A stretch of 64,000 nucleotides of DNA, taken from NCBI GenBank assembly GCA_013239625.1, contig MU056029.1:372001-436000 (forward strand). The letters are read 5' to 3'. This DNA is from Lama guanicoe. Its lineage: Eukaryota. The translations under genes were made by a program, and so were the position numbers. The notes under the pieces are model-generated. The model was not told the DNA's origin and made no database searches. It saw only the letters and a program-made list of their open reading frames with translations. This document shows, in pieces, positions 49,857 to 63,002 of the stretch; position 1 is the stretch's first letter, and every line of letters begins with the position of its first letter.

Positions 49857-49900
49857 CACGTTTAATCCATGCCATGTTTAATCCATGCCACGTTTAATCT
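49857..49900. repeat. 16-bp tandem repeat, about 2.75 copies
   Basis: cacgtttaatccatgc catgtttaatccatgc cacgtttaatct. Confidence 0.9.
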
Positions 49901-51119
49901 ACACCCAGTGTTTGAGTGACTTTTAGGCTAAAGGCACATTCCTCACTCTGTCCCCTCCTAGAGCTTCGGCCACAAGGCAGAGGGTTGGAGGAGTCACTCT
50001 GGGTGAAGGAAGCTGTCTCCTCTTAGAGAAACGAACCTGAGCAAAAGAAAACCCTTTGGGGTGACAGCCTCCCCTCACCAGGGAGGGCGGTACAGTGAGT
50101 GCCGTGACCCCAGGGGGACAGCAATGCTTTCGGCATCCGGCCAGGGTACTGCCCTCAAATGGTCCCGCACACACTGGGATCTGAGGCCGCACAGCCAGCA
50201 GCTCCCCAGACCCCGAGGCAGGAGTTCCTGCACCGTGGATGGGCGGCTTGGGTGTGAGTCTCTGGGGCAAGGTGCAACCACGGAATGCTGACTCGAATTC
50301 ACCCCCCAGGCGGCCAGAGCCCATCACCCAGAGTCCCCCATTCATTAGGACTCAAGCTACTCATTTGGACAGGACTGTCCCATGCGGCAGGAAACAGCTT
50401 GCTTTCAAGGAAAACACACCTTTCAGCTCTATAAGGCACCCAGCCCCTGCCGCACGTACGGCTGCTGTCCTACCTGCCCACCTGGCTGCTGTCCTTTCAC
50501 ACCACTGGGCGGGAGGGGCACCTCAGACTCCCCTGGGGAACCCCCCTTACTAACCTCTGAACCTGACGCGCCAGACAGAGCACAGAGGCCACGTGGCCGT
50601 AAATCTCCTCCGTTACTGATGGCATCGCTCTGATAACACATCCCAGCTGGCAGCAGCTACCACCTGCCCCGGGCCAAAGGCTGACAACCTCCCCGGGTCC
50701 CAAAAGGGAAGGCCTAACGGACATTTTTACACCAACACAGGGAACACATGCTCCACATGACAGGGGCACGTGGCCTCCTAAAGCCATCTTTGTTCACTAA
50801 GGAGACTCTGAAAATAATTTTCCTGTTTCGAGTCAATAAAATGTTGCTTTTGGGCCGAGGCTTAACTGGGAATGCTCCGTCTGAAGGTTTGTCTTCTGAG
50901 AACTGAACAGAAGCTGGGCAAAGGCACCACAGAAACGCTGCACGAGTCCACCTCCGCAGCACAGACCACGTCGTCTCAACACTGAAACACAGCGCGGAGC
51001 TCCCTCTTTGAAAGCCGAGACCACTGGGCTGGGAAACGTCGGGGCAGCTTCTCTCAGGCCTGGACCCGCCTCGCTACAGCTGGGGCCACGAGGACACACT
51101 AAGTCAGAGCCCCAGGACC

Positions 51120-51604
51120 ATGTGCCTGGCTCCTCTGGTGGCCGTAATAGGTTACCGCCAGCATGGTGGCTTAAAATGAAAGCCATACAGAGTGATTACC
51201 TTAACAGCCCTGGAGGTCAGAATCCCAACACTGGTCTCACTGAACTGAAGTCCAGGCATCGGCAGGGGCGCTCGCTCCCCTCTGGAAGCTCTGGGATGAA
51301 CGTCTCCCTGCCTCTTCTGGTCTCCAGGGCCACCCTCGTTCCTTGGCGCGCGGCCCTTCCACCTTCAATGCCAACGTGGCGGTCAGGCCTGCCTCACCAA
51401 GCTCCATCTCTCTGGTTTTTTCCTTCCACCACAGGAGCCTGAGACTGTAATGGGCTCGCCTGGAAAATCCAAGATAATCTTCTTATCTTAGGATCACCTG
51501 ATGAGCCAAGGTAACTGCACTTTGCCATGTGACTGAAAATACTCAAGGTTTCTGAGGACTAGGACATGGACATCTTGGGAGGAACCATTATTCTGCCTAA
51601 AACA
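51120..51604 (-). mobile_element. MaLR LTR (MLT1D/E-like)
   Basis: ggtggcttaaaa...ctggaggtcagaa...aatccaagataatct...ggacatggacatcttggga...attattctgccta. Confidence 0.82.
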
Positions 51605-52026
51605 AACCATAAACAGAAGGTAGGTAAAACTGCATTTTATATGTGAGGAAGGTGTGGCCAGTATGCAGGGGGAGGTGCTGTTCTGGGGTTTGTACCTCGA
51701 AGTCAGCTCCCACCCGGTACCCTCACGGCCAGGGGCCCTTTGTGAGGTGGGATCACTCCTGAAATGAGACAAGGAACAAGGACAAGGTCAGGTTGCAGGA
51801 ACACATCCTCCTCTGACCCCTGTACACAGCAGCCCCGAGGTCTGAACAGAGACAAATCGCTAGTGGGAAAGTAGCCAGGTGGTGACTCCACAGCTGGTGC
51901 TGGGCCATGCTGTCCCCTCGGACCCCTGGACCTCACGTGACCAGCTGGGAACCTTTTTCCTTTCATTCATTCATTCCAGTGTCTGTTGGTTCTGCTGGGT
52001 ACGGACTCTGTGCTAAGGGACAAGTA

Positions 52027-53072
52027 CAACATGAAAAAATGCTCCATATCACTAATTATCAGAGAAATGCAAATCAGAACTACAGTGAGGTGGCACCTCA
52101 CACCAGTCAGAATGGCCATCATTCAAAAGTCCACAAATGATCAATGCTGGAGAGGGTGTGGAGAAAAGGGAACCCTCCTTCACTGCTGGTGGAAAGGTAA
52201 ATTTGTGCAGCCATTATGGAAAACAGTATGGAGCTTCCTCAAAAAACTAAAAACAGACCTAACATATGATCCAGCAACCCTACTCCTGGGCATATATCCA
52301 GAGGGAACTCTAATTCGAAAAGATACACGCACCCCAGTGTTCAGAGCAGCACTGTTTACAATCAATAGCCAAAACATGGAGGCAACCTAAGTGTTCATCG
52401 ATAGAGGACTGGATAAAGAAGTTGTGGTACATTTACACAATGGAATACTACTCAGCCATAAAAAAGAATAAAATAGTGCCATTTGCAGCAACATGGATGG
52501 ACATGGAGATCGTCATTCCAAGTGAAATAAGTGAGACAGAGAAAGACAAATACCATATGATATCACTCATATGTGGAATCTGAAAAATAGACAAAAAGGA
52601 GAAGGTATATAGCTCAAGTGGTAGAGCACATGCTTAGCATGCACAAGGTCTTGAGTTGTCCCCAGTACTGCCTCTAAAAAATAAATAAGTAAGTAAACCT
52701 AATAACTCTCTCCAAAAAAAGAAAACAGAAAAAAAGAAAAAAGAAGACACTAATGAACTCATCTACAAAACAGAAACAGACTTCCAGACATAGTAAATAA
52801 TCTTGTAGTTACCAGGGGGAAAGAAGTTGGAAGGGATAAATTTGGCAGTTTGAGATTTGCAAATATTAACTACTATATATAAAAATAGGTAAAAGACAAA
52901 TTTCTTCTGTATAGCACAGGGAACTATGTTTGGTATTTGCAATAACCTTTAATAAAAAAGAATATGAAAGCAAACATATGTACGTACACGCATTACTGGG
53001 GCGTTATGCTGTGCACCAGAAACTGACACATTGTAACTGACTGTCCTTTGATAAAGAAAAAAATAAAAATAA
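52027..53072 (+). mobile_element. L1 ORF2 C-terminus and 3' UTR, interrupted by a SINE
   Basis: [34 protein letters not shown]...[16 protein letters not shown] is the L1 ORF2 cysteine-rich C-terminal region; frameshifted near 52360. Confidence 0.95.
52598..52742 (+). mobile_element. tRNA-Ala-derived SINE (vic-1-like) nested in L1 3' UTR
   Basis: tagctcaagtggtagagcacatgcttagcatgcac plus tail; damaged B box. Confidence 0.9.
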
Positions 53073-53846
53073 AGAGAGTGACTGAACCAAAACCAGCAAC
53101 CTGAGCTGCTCTTAGTTGGTGGGAACCAGGGCTTGGCCACAATGTGGCTGCCATTCTGTCCTCTGGAGGGCTAAGTCCAGCCCCCATGCTCACGTGTCCT
53201 GGTCACAGCACCTGTTTCATGAGAATGAGATCCTCGGGGCTCCGGAGTGTGCTGCCATCCTGCTCGTGATTCTAGACAGCCCACAGAGGACAGCCGTACC
53301 CGCTAACCCACACAGTGAACTCAGAGGGCCGAGGATGAAACCCCTCAGTCCTGACCATGGTGGGCAATTCCTAAACCTTCACGGGCCCTGGCTTCTGCGA
53401 GTGTAGACAGGGGGCAGCAGATCTCCCGGGAAAGGGCTCACATGCACCTCTAGTACCCCCGACAGGCTGCTGGTGTGGCTTCACACTGCCCTGCCCCAAG
53501 ACATGAGTGAGTGAGATGCATGTATGCATGTGAGTGTGTATATGTGATGGGTGTGTGCGTGTGAGTATGTGTGTATCAGGGCATGCACACGTGTACACAC
53601 GGATATTCACATAAAGGACAACTGGCAGGTGTGGAAGTCGAGCAGAAAGAGTGTGAGATCTACAGAGACAGACGGGCTCAACTCACCTCTGTCATCCACT
53701 GAGCGTGCGTGCTTGGATACGCCACCTAACAACCATGACCATGAGTATGTCATCTGCTCTGTGAAATTTAGCCAAGGACACAGATGCGTCACCTCTCAGA
53801 ACTGCCCTTGGGAATCAAATCAGAATTCTTCCCAGCACATGCTTTT

Positions 53847-53997
53847 TCCCCATTCCTTTTAAAATGTTTTGTTTGTTTATTTTTGAAATTGTGTTGGGGG
53901 AGGATATTCGGTTTATTTATTTATTTTCTTTAATGGAGGGACTGGGGATTGAACCCAGAACCCTGTGCATGCTGAGCATAAACTCTACCACTCCCCA
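53847..53997 (-). mobile_element. tRNA-Ala-derived SINE (vic-1-like), minus strand
   Basis: tggagggactggggattgaacccag...gcatgctgagcat; TSD cccagcaca(tg/ca)ctttt (53831-53846, 53998-54013). Confidence 0.9.
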
Positions 53998-56900
53998 CCC
54001 AGCACACACTTTTGAGTATTAAATATATACATATATTCAAATAAATGTTTGTTGAACAGTTGAATGAATATATGTGATGTTTCTTTTAGAAGCATAAAAT
54101 AAAATATGACAGAACCAGTGGGAATTTTAACTGTAGGCTTTTTAGATTTGCTTAAAGCATAAGCAAATCCTGGGTAGGCGGATGCTCTTGGTGTGAAAAA
54201 TAGAAAGGTGGGAAAGGAGGAGAGGTAAAAGCTCTCTTTTGAAATCTTCTAAGGCACATGCAGTGAGCGTGGCGAGTGAAGGCTGATGCAAGAAGGGTTC
54301 TGAGAGGACCAGCCCCCACAGCCACACACAGGCCCAGTGGAGCCGCTGGGTGCCCACTCCCTGATGCTCCCCAGCCAGCTCTGAATGACTAGTCGAGTCC
54401 CTCTGACCCACTGTGCAGAAGGAATCCGCCGGGCCCAGCACACACTGGCCTCGGGGCCCGTACCACCCGAGGCCCCGGACCTGGCCCCCCACTGCAGCCC
54501 CTCGGGTTCCTCCAGCTCCCCATGGGTCCGGATGCGGGAAAAGGGATGCTTCCTCGTTAATAAAAAAAAACAAAAAGTCCTGTATCATAATCACTGTTTC
54601 CACAGTAGCATTTACCAAAAAATGGACCCGCCCACTACATCACACTTGACACATATTTTTTGTGCTGTCTCTGAGGTAGGACAGCAGTGAGCTGGCTACT
54701 TACAGATTTTGATAGGGAAACTCAGGCATGAACATGCAAGAAAGTCCAGATAAAAGTCGAAGTGGGTCGTGCTCCACTCCAGCACCACTGGGACCACAGA
54801 CTGGATGGACAGTTACGTTTCCCCCAAAAAGGGGCAGAACACAAGGAAACGCTAAATCCATAGGATAAAAAATGAAGGCTGAACATTTTCCTTCCCCCAA
54901 ATCACCTAACTCTAGGAAGTGCCAAATATTTCATCATCTGCTTCAAGAAAATAAGTTTCTACCTTTACTGAAAATAAAAGAAATAAAGAACATCTTAAGT
55001 TCCCATAATTCCCAGACTGGAGGAAGAGCTATTTAGAATCAAAGATGGAAGGCACACCTGCTCACTATTTCGAAGAATTTTCCCAAGACATTTACCTGAA
55101 TTATTAGAAAAGACCTTAACTGCTTTGAGAAGAAGCAACTGAAAGCTACTAAACGTAATTATTTTCTGATACAGAAGATTAAAGTGTCCCCAGGGCCGTG
55201 CCTGAATGAGCATTTTCATTCATTCCATGGACTACGTGAAACAGCCTCCCTAACACACTTTCTGCCCGCCTCCACCATAACTGTCCTCACACCCCATCCT
55301 TCCTCCAGGATAACTGACAGGCAGGCACTTGTTTTCTCCAGTTCATCTAAACCGTGCAGTCCTGACCACAGCTCACTGCTCGACGCACCCGTGTCTCCAT
55401 CAGACAGACGGCCTCCACCCAGCTTTTCGGGAGCCATCAAAAGATGCTAACAAGAGAAGTTCTCAGGACTTTCAAAGGATGGAGACCAGGAAAACACCCT
55501 TCACTCGTTTCTTCACCCAGTGCAATCTTCGCATATTTCAAGCATCCTTCCAAATGCCATCCTCCCTCCTCCTCCGAACACCTCTAAAGCCTCAAGGTGA
55601 CCAGACACCGGGGCTCTAAGCACCTGCACCAGGCAGGGTGGGCGGGCAGCCTGCCCGTGGGGCTCCTCACCCTCCACCGCAGCCACTCGCCCAGGCTTTG
55701 GGCTGGACTTCAGGCTGCCCACCCCCTCACCCTGCCCAGGGCCCGGCCTCCCAGAGGTGAAGCTGGCTTTGCTGGCTGTCTGGATGAATGCTTTGAAATT
55801 CTTGTGGTGGTCCAACATTCCTTGCGGGATGATGGTTTTAAATGAAGTCCTAATTAACCATATGTTTTCAAGAGAGAAACGCTTTTATTGGTGCCAGTTG
55901 GGACTCCAAAATGACGTCCTTATGGATTTTGTAACTATCTTTATAGTGGAGGTGAAGGTGAAAAGTTCGACTGAATGATTTCTTCGAGGGAGAACACAGT
56001 AGAACATACCAATAAGAAAAAAAAAGCAATAAGCAATCACCAGTTAAATAATATTTAAAGTTAAATATGTCCTATTTACTTTCAAACGCACCAAATAAAC
56101 CAGCAGGCTGACAGAAGACAGCCCCTGATTTAACCGCGTGCTCCGGCGCTGCCCTTAAGAACTAATCCTTCATTTCACAGCAGGAAAATAACCCCGCCAC
56201 GAGCCAGCCCTGCGCAACAAGGCAAAGGATGGCAGGCTTCCCCGACTGCCCAAAAGCAGTGGGCGACCACTTTTCCTGACCCACAATGGCATTAAGCGAA
56301 GCAGCAATTACCTCAGGACACACCTGGCTAAGGGATGCACAAAATCAATCGAGATGAAGCACAGATGTTCACACAGTTTAAAGCCATAGCGACTCGATGC
56401 AGAGATGCTGCATGCGGCTCCCGGGGAAGGAGCCTGGTGGTGCCAACTCTCGCTGCCTCTGCTACAGCTCGCTGCAAAACAAACGCTAAATGCTCTTTTT
56501 GCTTTGCCCTTTTTTTCATAAAAGCAAAAATTCTTTTCGGATTTCTTTCGGTTAGCAAAAACAGGTATTAATGCAGAAGTAAAAGCAAAAAAAAAAAAAA
56601 AAAAGAAGAAAGAAAGAAAAGGAAGAACCAAGTGGCGTAAAGCAGGGGAAATCCGTACTTCAGCACAATTGATCAATGCCGCTCGTCAAAACACCCTCCA
56701 GTTTGTCTCCTGTTTTTCACGTGGGAAAGTATCTGTGTAAGTAACGGGCGGTTCCCAACTCCTGTATTTTTATGCCAGGATGCTCTCCCGGCGGGTGACC
56801 AGCCTGAGTCAGTGGTATCTTTATGCCAAATGCTGTCTATTCTTTGGGGGAACTCAGAAGAAGTTTCTTGGATGAGGTGAGGTTTGGTTTTAGGATTAAG

Positions 56901-59250
56901 GGCTGGGAGAATTCATAAGCCTTGACATTGGCACAGGCTTTCCCGGGTTTGGGGAAGATCAACGTGGCTGGGAGGACAGGATGTGCTGACTGACTGGCTG
57001 GGAGACGGGGCTGTGCGGAGAGGCCAGAGCTGAGCCCCACGTTCTCTACAGAATGAGGCCTACATTGCAGGGAGGGGCCCTGCTTGTATCCTCTGAAACC
57101 TGAGCCCTGTGCATTGGGGTGGAAGCTCTCTGCACTGTAAGTGAGAGCGCCCAGGGTGGCTCCCATTGGGATAGTGGGAGGCGGAGAGGTGGGACCACCC
57201 TCCACAATAGCCCAGCTGAGTAGGGGATGGGAGGGGTCCCAGAATTTGTCCCAGTGGAGAAGTGCCCAGGCGATGGGACACAGGAGGATGCCTGTAATTC
57301 CCGTAACTCCCATACAGGTCCAGGGGGGCTGGGGTGGGAGCAGCGAGCCTTGAACCGAGGGCACTCACTCCCCAGACATCCAGGGACAATTACTGCACGG
57401 CAGAGTGACGGAGGACACTCATCTCACTTCAACTTTCTCAAAAGAACAGTGTTTCTTTGAAACCCAAAGACAAGAAAAAAAATCTGATGAGCAACAAACA
57501 ACTTCCTGTCTGTGGTCACCTGATGGTACAGCTGTCACAGGAGCAGTGGGGTTGCCAGGAGATGGGGTGCAGGGATGAAGGCGTGGGTGAATTACCAATG
57601 GACGGTCAGAGGCTGATGCGCCTGCACTGACCTCAAGGCTGCTGGCAGGCAGTTCAGCAGCAGATCGGTCCTCTCTCCTGCATACATTATGGTTCCCTTA
57701 AGTCTGAAGATGCTTTGGGAAATGCACGCCTATATATTTGTTTGCTGTCAAAGTGTAACAATGTCCACAGAACTCCGGGCATACAGACTGTTTGGCAAAA
57801 GTTAAAAATACACGATGAAAGACAGCAAAAGAAAAACAGCCAAACTGAATTCAGATTCTACGTCCACAGGGCTTGACCTCCTACCAGCAAGCACTCTTTG
57901 TACCACAGCCTGAAGAGTAAGCAAACAGTGCTGGCCAGGACTTAACGAAGCGAGCGCGGTCCGCCCAGGTCTGAGGGAAAAGTCTTCCACAGAAAGGACC
58001 ACTCCTGGCACCCAGGGGCGACCACCAGGCGGGCAGCAATTCACCCTCACAGCCAGGGGGCAAGGTGCGCCAAGACACACCACAGATTGCATCCAGAAGC
58101 AGAGTGCAGCACGGCCTTGCAGAAGTAGACACGTCATCAGGGCCCCAACCTGCAGTCCAGAGAAGTCCTAGCTGTGATAGTGTGTGTGTTTAAGGAAGCG
58201 GAGGGCTGTCGTCAGGCAGAGGGGCCACCTGGGCAGGGATTTCATGTCACTGCACTAATTAACAACCCACTAAGACTCCTGAGCCACCAGACAGTGGGGC
58301 CCAGTGAGAGCAGGTCCCAGAGGGGTCGGTGTGGGTGGGACACAGGAGGCGGGAAAGGCCAGCTTCGGGGATACCACAGGGGCCCAGGAGGCGGCTGCCA
58401 GATGTTCCAGGCAGATGTGGACCACGGAGGCTCGTGCAGGCTCTTCACAGATACAGAGCTGGGCGATTAAGAGGAAAGTCAGAGGCAGCTTTGCTGACTG
58501 GCCATTTCCAGGCCACAGAGAGAGTGCAGCATCCCACAAAGACATCCAGAGTTGGGAGAAGAAAGGAGAGGAAGAAACTAAAAGAGGAACCGGAGACGAA
58601 GACGGGAAGGGAACAGAGCCCTCCGGTAATGTCCTCCTGAGGGTCCCCTCCAGCTAAACAAACAGAGACGGTGCCCATGGCCATCTCCACTGCTTTTGTG
58701 GTAAGACTGGTGTGTAAGTGGGAAAGTCACCTGAAAATGTACAGGAAAGAAAATGAGAAAGCCCTCGTGAGACTGTGGGGAGGAAAAGATGCAAGAGGGC
58801 ATACAAACATCACAAGCATCAGGAATCAGGGACAGTATGCGTGGGGCACGGGATGCACGGGAACTGAGGTCACACCTAATCCTGCTGGACCACAGCTCAC
58901 CCCTCCAGGCCCTATGCATCTGCCTGGGCCTGGCTGCACCCCACGGCTCTCTACTCTGCAAGGCCGGGGAAACTGAGGCAGCGGGCTGGAAGACGCCAGC
59001 AGGCAGGGTGCCGCAGCGCTCGGCAGTGCCCGGCAACAGCGGGAAACCGGAGGGGTAACGATACTGGCTCAGAGCCTGGTACTCAGAGCCTGGTCTGCGT
59101 TTCTCCCCACCCCGGCCCCTCCTAAGTGGACCAAAGCACAAGTGATTAGGAGACAAAGCAAAGACTGACAGGAGCAAAAATGACAGCTGCAGTGCCCACC
59201 TGGCATTCTCAGAAACTGATGCCTGGGGGCTAAACCCAAATGAGTTGGAG

Positions 59251-59368
59251 TTATTTTATTTTATTTTATTTTATTTTATTTATTTTATTTATTTTATTTT
59301 ATTTTATTTATTATTTTATATTTTATTTTATTTTATTTTATTTTATTTTATTTTATTATTTTATTTTA
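59251..59368. repeat. (TTTTA)n pentanucleotide microsatellite, 118 bp, imperfect
   Basis: Read directly from the sequence. Confidence 0.97.
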
Positions 59369-59989
59369 CAACTTCCTTAGTTTCTGACTATTGTCTGATA
59401 AAGAGCACGGTATCAATCACACTTAGCAAGTCAGGAAACAGGAACCTCACTCCCGGATCCTTATCATATTCAAAAACGCTTCTGTAGTTTGGATATCGTG
59501 CCCTGTTCCGAGCACAAAGCTCTGTTTGTTTCTGCTTTGTAGTGTAGAGTGTTATGTTCTACCATTGCTACACAATCAATTTGAGGGAACATGACTATAA
59601 AAATAAATAAGTTTCTTTTTTCATTCAAAGAGAGGGAAACTAACCAGGGCGCCCTAAACACACCCACAAACCTCTTCCAAAAACACTTGCAGTGGCCCCG
59701 GGGCCGGCAAGAATGCTTTGCCAGTGATATCAAAGCCTTCTCATTTATCTACGATCAACCCAACTTAAACACAAAGAGGAAAAAACACTTGTTCTGTTCC
59801 ACTTTAAATTTCAAACAAGCTATTTTTTGGGTACGAGGCCGTCTTTATTTTTCTTTGAACACAGGGGAATACGCTACTCTGAAACCTTGCACTACTCCTC
59901 CCTCTTGGTTATGGAAAGGCAGAAAAACACATTATTCATCTCTGAGTTGAAGTTTGAGAAAGTGTAATTCCATTTTCAAAAATGATCGC

Positions 59990-61640
59990 CAGCTTCCAAC
60001 TTCTGATCAAATGGAATAAAGGTACAGGATTTACCCTCCTCTCTGAAATAAGTAAGAAGTTGGGGGAAAAATCATATTTAAAAAAAGTAATTTTTAGACA
60101 CTGGACAGCAGGAAGCAAGGACCATGACCACTGGAGTGAGAAGCAGACAAAATGAGCCCCACGCCGGCCCTGATTTATTGTCTGGAGGGTCTCAGGCTGC
60201 AGACAAGACAGAGATCCAGGCAGAGCCCTCGGTCCCCAGAGAGGAGGGTCCAGGGAGATCAAGGTTGCTGCAGTTTGCAGGGCACAGTGTCAGAAAGGGA
60301 GAGCTGCCCAGAGAGGTCAGCTGCTCTGGAGGCCAACGGAGGTTCCCCTGACTTTTCCATCGAGTCTTGATCAGCACATAGCACATGCATGTGAGGAAAT
60401 GAACCAACATCGGGGAAAGAACCACCTGGAAAAAAGCAAAGAAAAGCTCTCAGAAGCTCCCAGTGGTCCAGGAATAGTCCTTGCCATCACCAGCTGGGGT
60501 AGAAAGTTCAAAATGGACAAAAGCGTCCAACAGCTTACAAAGTAAAATTCACAACATTTGACCTGGTGATTAAAAAAAATAATAAAAATTTTTAAAAACC
60601 CCACAGGTATGCAAAGAACAAGAAAAATATAACCAATAATGAAGATAAAAACCAAGCAATAAAAACAGATGCAGGAATGACACAGATGATAGAGTGAGCA
60701 GGGCATCAACACGGTGGTGGCACCTGGAATCTGTGTGTTCAAGAAACCAGAGGAAAGATTAAATTAAGTAGACACGAGAAACAGATTTAAAAATAAAGAC
60801 CCAAATCAAACTTCTAGAGTTGAGCACAACAAAGCCTGAGATGAAAAACCCACTGGATGAGATTAGTGGTAGATTAGACACAATAAAAGAAGAAAAAAAA
60901 TTATGAACTTGAAGACACAGAAACAAACTATCTGGGGGAGGGTGGAGCTCAGTGGCAGAGTGCGGGCTTAGCATGCACGAGGTCCTGGGTTCAATCCCCA
61001 GTGCCTCCGTCAAAACCAATCAATCAATCAAAGGAATTATCCAGTATGAAAAACAGATTTTAAAAAAGAGAAGAGGGAATGAAAAGACCATCAGTGAGCT
61101 GTGGGACAACTTCCAGTAGCCTAATATATCTGCAATTAGCATCTGAGACGTGGGGGCAGAGAAAAATGGATGAAGAAATAATGACCAAAAATTTTCCAAA
61201 TTTGGTGAAAGCTATACAGCCACAGATTCAAAACACTCAATAAATCCCCAGCATAAGAAACAAGAAAATGATGCCCAGGCAAATCATATTCAAACTGCTT
61301 AAAAAATCAATGACAGAGAGAATCACAAAGACAGAGAAAAAAGATGCATTCTATTCAGAGAAGCCAGGATAAGAATGACAAACTTCTCATTGGAAACACT
61401 GAAGCAAAAAAGACAGTGGAGCAACACCCTCAAAGTATGGGCCAAAACAAACTGTCCATCTATAATTCTACACTTAATGAAAATATATTTTGAAAACCAA
61501 AAAGAAATATATAGACTTTTTCAAACTTCAAAAAATGGCAAGAATTCATCTTGGGCAGACCTGTTCTCTGGTAAAGGACATGGAAACCCTTCGGGCAGAA
61601 GGGACACGGTGCCAGGTGGGACTCTGCATGTTGCACGTGC
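59990..61640 (+). mobile_element. Old L1M 5' region and ORF1 remnant
   Basis: L1M-type 5' end acttctg...ggatttaccctcct.tctgaaa; ORF1 motifs tagattagacaca, cagtgagctgtgggacaacttc, aaaattttccaaatttg. Confidence 0.75.
60934..61030 (+). mobile_element. tRNA-Ala-derived SINE (vic-1-like) with (AATC)n tail
   Basis: agctcagtggcagagtgcgggcttagcatgcacgaggtcctgggttcaatccccagtgcctcc. Confidence 0.92.
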
Positions 61641-62089
61641 AGAAGTGATGACAGGACCAGAACTGACACCCATTGCCTGGTGTCATCAGTGACGCCTGCA
61701 GATCAGCGTCTGGGTCTGCAGTCCAAATCCTCATCTGCCCCTTTCCTCAGCACCTCCCAGGCCAACGGGGGCCTCATTTCCCTGCTCCGAAAACACATGT
61801 TTCTTTGTGATCCCTGAGGTTTCCACAGTCTTCACGCTGGGCAGTTGTAATGGGAGTCAGTTACTGTGAAAGATGAATGGGTAAGCTTTCTAAAACTTAA
61901 CTGAGGCCACTTTGGATTTCCCATGGAACTATTTCTGGTTTGGGAATCTATTTTGTGTATAAAAAGAGGAAAATCTTTTATAGGTCCAAATCTGAGGACA
62001 AACAGATGATAAAGGCAGAGCTAGCCATGTAGAACCTGGTATTGAGAAGTTTGTCAGAGTCGGGGGACAACCTTTAAAAATTAATGGGA

Positions 62090-62289
62090 GACACTGACTA
62101 CTATAGCTAAAATAGACAAACAGCAAATTTCTTCTGTACAGCACAGTGAGCCACATTCACTTGTAGCAGCCTATAATGAAAAAGAATATGAGAACAAATA
62201 CCTATATATGTGTCTAACTAAAACATTATGCTGTACACGAGAAATTGATACAATACTGTAAACTGACTATACGTCAATAAAAAATAGAA
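62090..62289 (+). mobile_element. Short L1 3' end
   Basis: Family terminal motifs; 14-bp TSD aaaaattaat(g/a)gga (62076-62089, 62290-62303). Confidence 0.88.
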
Positions 62290-63002
62290 AAAAATTAATA
62301 GGAAAATGCACAAACACCTGCACTGTTTATAAAATAGGTTTACCTCCTAACCACAAACCAGCCACTGGGCTTGTGAAGAATATGTATGCAAGAAGGTTCC
62401 CTCAAGAAACTAGAACATCCTTTTAAGAAAGAAAGATACTACAATTGAATTTCCCACTGTTTGTTACAATCAGTTTGATTAAACTGAACTCTCTCCACTC
62501 CCTCAGCCCTCTACCAAGCTGACATCAAACCACTGGGCCCTCAGAAGTTAAACTGCATAAAACACAAGCAGCTGTGCGCCACTGAAACAAAAACCAAAGC
62601 TGAAACAGACAGCGGCTCATTTACCCCAGCTGTTGTGGAGGTTACTAATCAGTGGAGATGATCAATGCTCAAAAATGATTAACACAGCCTCAAATTCCAA
62701 ACCGGGAGAAATCTGTGTCTCCCAGCATTCTAGAGGGGAGACACCTGGGAGGTGACAGGAGAACCAGGACGATGCAGCCACAGACTGGCCACTTGGACAT
62801 CGAGGCCTCTCTTCTCGTTTCACAGCTGCACTGCTTTCTCGTCACGTAAAGGAGGGACCGTGGCTCTCCAACCGTTTTGAACACTTTGAACACAGAAACT
62901 ACAGAATCAATGGAGGGCACAGGCGTGTCAAGGTCCCAAACCAGTGGTCCACAGTAACTCTGCCCTCAGAGTTCAAAAAAAGAGACTTATAAAAAGACAT
63001 TT

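Noticed and set aside
21552..49897. Long GC-rich ORFs (21552-22232, 36667-37290, 39998-40714, 49054-49716, 49157-49897)
   Set aside because: Pro/Gly/Arg/Ala-rich with no recognisable domain and overlapping on both strands, as expected by chance in GC-rich intron sequence.
84..59015. ZFP57-type TGCCGC motifs as an imprinting control region
   Set aside because: About a dozen scattered single hits with no cluster or CpG island; unremarkable at this GC content.
3276..61030. Twelve tRNA-Ala(AGC)-like sequences as tRNA genes
   Set aside because: They share a non-tRNA tail, A-rich ends and TSDs, and the copies I folded have mispaired acceptor, anticodon or T stems. They are SINEs.
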